From NCBI GenBank assembly GCA_963729605.1, contig CAVSNY010000006.1, positions 256,001-320,000 of the forward strand: a stretch of DNA of 64,000 nt. The letters run 5' to 3'. Of the stretch, positions 61,878-64,000 are shown piece after piece; the stretch's first letter is position 1, and each line of letters starts with the position of its first letter. A program made the translations under genes and the position numbers. The notes below the pieces were generated by a model that worked only from the letters and a program-made list of their open reading frames with translations, searched no databases and was not told where the DNA came from. This stretch comes from an uncultured Gammaproteobacteria bacterium (GTDB taxonomy: Bacteria > Pseudomonadota > Gammaproteobacteria > DRLM01).

Positions 61878-62564
61878 ATGCACGCCATGAAACGCATTCC
61901 CTATTTCTTCATCCTCACCACGCTGGCGTGCTGGTTCTGTACAGGTGCGGCGGCGCAAACCCGCTACGTCAGCGATCAACTGGAGATCAACCTGCGGTCA
62001 GGACAAAGCAACTCGCACAGGATCCTGCATATGCTGAAGAGCGGCAGCCCGGTGGACGTCTTGGAGACCGACGCCGCCAGCGGCTACAGCAAAGTACGCG
62101 CCAGCAACGGTGCCGAGGGCTGGGTGTTGAGCCGTTATCTGACGAGCACGCCCGGCGCGCGCGAAGAATTGGAGAAACTGCAACGCAAATTCGCCGCCCT
62201 GGAAACCGAAAACCGCCAACTCAAAGAACGCAGCGGTTCGTTGCGCGAACAACAAAAAACCATCAGCGAGCAACAAAAAAATCTCGATGACAGCAATCGC
62301 CGGCTCGAACAGGAGCTGGCGCAGATCCGCACCACCGCCGGCAGCGCCCTCGCGCTCGAAAGCGACAACAAACGGTTGAAGGAGCAATACCTCGGCCTGC
62401 AGAGCGAGCTGCAAATCCTGCAGCAGGAAACCAGAGCGCTGAAAGATCGCAGTGATCGCGAATGGTTCGTGCGCGGCGCCGGCGTGGTGGTCATCGGCAT
62501 CCTCATCGGGCTCATCGTGCCGCGCCTGAAATTCCGCCGCAGATCGAGCTGGGATTCGTTGTAG
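61878..62564 (+). CDS. TIGR04211-type SH3 domain protein (YgiM-like)
   Basis: Signal peptide, YVSD..LRSG..GWV SH3b domain, coiled coil, WF..GAGV TM helix, RRRSSW tail. Confidence 0.88.
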   Translation: MHAMKRIPYFFILTTLACWFCTGAAAQTRYVSDQLEINLRSGQSNSHRILHMLKSGSPVDVLETDAASGYSKVRASNGAEGWVLSRYLTSTPGAREELEKLQRKFAALETENRQLKERSGSLREQQKTISEQQKNLDDSNRRLEQELAQIRTTAGSALALESDNKRLKEQYLGLQSELQILQQETRALKDRSDREWFVRGAGVVVIGILIGLIVPRLKFRRRSSWDSL

Positions 62565-62612
62565 GGTTATCGCGCGCTGTTAATCCGGCGATTGAAATGA
62601 TGATCTTAAAAA

Positions 62613-62736
62613 TTCCCTCTCCCTTTTTAGGGGGAGGGTTGCGGTGAGGGTAGAACGGCTGGCATTTCCCGCCATCTCACCCCCGTCCCAACCTTTCCAC
62701 TTAGAACGCCCCCTCTCCCTGGCGGGAGAGAGGGGT
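62613..62736. repeat. REP-like palindromes between convergent genes
   Basis: CCCTCTCCCTTTTTAGGGGAGGGTTGCGGTGAGGG and CCCCTCTCCCTGGCGGGAGAGAGGGG. Confidence 0.6.
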
Positions 62737-62844
62737 TTGATGGGAAGGATTAACGGCTTCAATCACCCCCATCGAGAGAGGATCAAATGGACACCGAATG
62801 AATAATTTTTTTCCGTGTTCTCCGCGCGCGGCGCGGCCCGCCGC

Positions 62845-64000
62845 TTACTTCTTTTCCAACTGACTCACATCCCTCACGGCGCCGCGCGCCGCGCTCGTCG
62901 TCATGGCCGCATAGGCTTTGAGCGCCGCGGAGACTTCGCGTTGGCGATTCACCGGTTTCCAGGCCGCGGCGCCTTTCGCTTCCATGGCGGCGCGGCGGCG
63001 GGTCAGTTCGCCAGCGGTGATCGCGATACCGATGCTGCGTTTGAGAATGTCGATCTCGATGATGTCGCCTTCTTCGACCAGGCCGATGGCTCCGCCCTCG
63101 GCCGCCTCCGGCGAGACGTGGCCGATGGACAAACCCGATGTGCCGCCGGAGAAGCGGCCGTCGGTGACCAGCGCGCAGGCTTTACCGAGGCCCTTCGATT
63201 TCAAATAACTGGTGGGATACAACATCTCCTGCATGCCGGGTCCGCCGCGCGGGCCTTCATAACGGATGACCAACACGTCGCCTTTGTTGATGTGATTGGC
63301 CAAGATCGCCTCCACCGCCGCGTCCTGGCTCTCGAAGATGCGCGCCGGGCCGGAGAATTTGAGAATGCTCTCGTCGACGCCCGCGGTCTTGACGATGCAA
63401 CCGTCGAGGGCGAGGTTGCCGTGCAACACGGCGAGTCCGCCTTCTTGGCTGTAGGCGTGTTCATACGCGCGGATGCAGCCCTGCTCACGATCCAGGTCGA
63501 GCTCGGTGTAGCGTTTGTTTTGACTGAAGGCCTGGGTGGTGGGCACGCCGCCCGGCGCGGCGCGGTAGAAGTCGCGCACCTTGGGATCGTCGTTCACCAT
63601 CACATCCCACTGCGCCAGCGCCGCGCCGAGAGTGGCGGCGTGCACCGTCGGCACGTCGCGATGCAGCAAGCCGGCGCGGTCCAGCTCGCCGAGGATGCCG
63701 ATCACGCCGCCGGCGCGATGCACGTCTTCCATGTGATATTGCTGGCTGCTCGGCGCCACTTTGCAGAGATGGCGCACCTTGCGCGAGAGGCGATCCATGT
63801 CGTGCATGGTGAAGTTCACACCGGCCTCTTCCGCCGCGGCGAGCAAATGCAACACGGTGTTGGTGGAACCGCCCATGGCGATGTCGAGCGTCATGGCATT
63901 TTCGAAGGCCTGGAAACTGGCGATAGTGCGCGGCAGCGCCGAGGCGTCGTCCTGCTCATAGTAACGCTTGGCCAACTGCACGATCACGCGACCGGCTTCC
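62845..64000 (-). CDS. ilvD: dihydroxy-acid dehydratase, 5'-truncated by the window edge
   Basis: [37 protein letters not shown]. Confidence 0.97.
   Translation of the reverse strand, partial: EAGRVIVQLAKRYYEQDDASALPRTIASFQAFENAMTLDIAMGGSTNTVLHLLAAAEEAGVNFTMHDMDRLSRKVRHLCKVAPSSQQYHMEDVHRAGGVIGILGELDRAGLLHRDVPTVHAATLGAALAQWDVMVNDDPKVRDFYRAAPGGVPTTQAFSQNKRYTELDLDREQGCIRAYEHAYSQEGGLAVLHGNLALDGCIVKTAGVDESILKFSGPARIFESQDAAVEAILANHINKGDVLVIRYEGPRGGPGMQEMLYPTSYLKSKGLGKACALVTDGRFSGGTSGLSIGHVSPEAAEGGAIGLVEEGDIIEIDILKRSIGIAITAGELTRRRAAMEAKGAAAWKPVNRQREVSAALKAYAAMTTSAARGAVRDVSQLEKK

Overview
High-GC gammaproteobacterial chromosome segment. About 1-9.8 kb is accessory or decaying DNA: an intact IS3-family (IS51-type) element inside a collapsed hemolysin-III/PAQR remnant, a frameshifted mscL, a gene relic, a Fur-box-controlled small secreted protein of unknown family, a B12-binding radical SAM gene, terC with a structured leader, a PAS-GGDEF cyclase and a MITE-like element. 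About 9.8-26 kb holds purL (two +1 frameshifts), purC, an MBL hydrolase, bamC, dapA, bcp, a PIN-PhoH gene, a divergent EEP / PLD-DedA pair, a 7-bladed RCC1 lipoprotein and a DUF62 SAM hydrolase. About 26.2-58.7 kb is the complete minus-strand translation/transcription supercluster: tRNA-Tyr/Gly/Thr, tuf, tRNA-Trp, secE-nusG, rplKAJL, rpoBC, and the str, S10, spc and alpha operons. The end carries an APS kinase fused to an apparently dead ATP sulfurylase domain, galE, an SH3 protein and a partial ilvD. No CRISPR array, prophage or recognisable defence island was seen. The best novelty candidates are the Fur-regulated secreted protein unit, the terC leader RNA, the MITE and the rplQ-end duplication. 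All family calls come from recognising motifs by eye, not from database searches.
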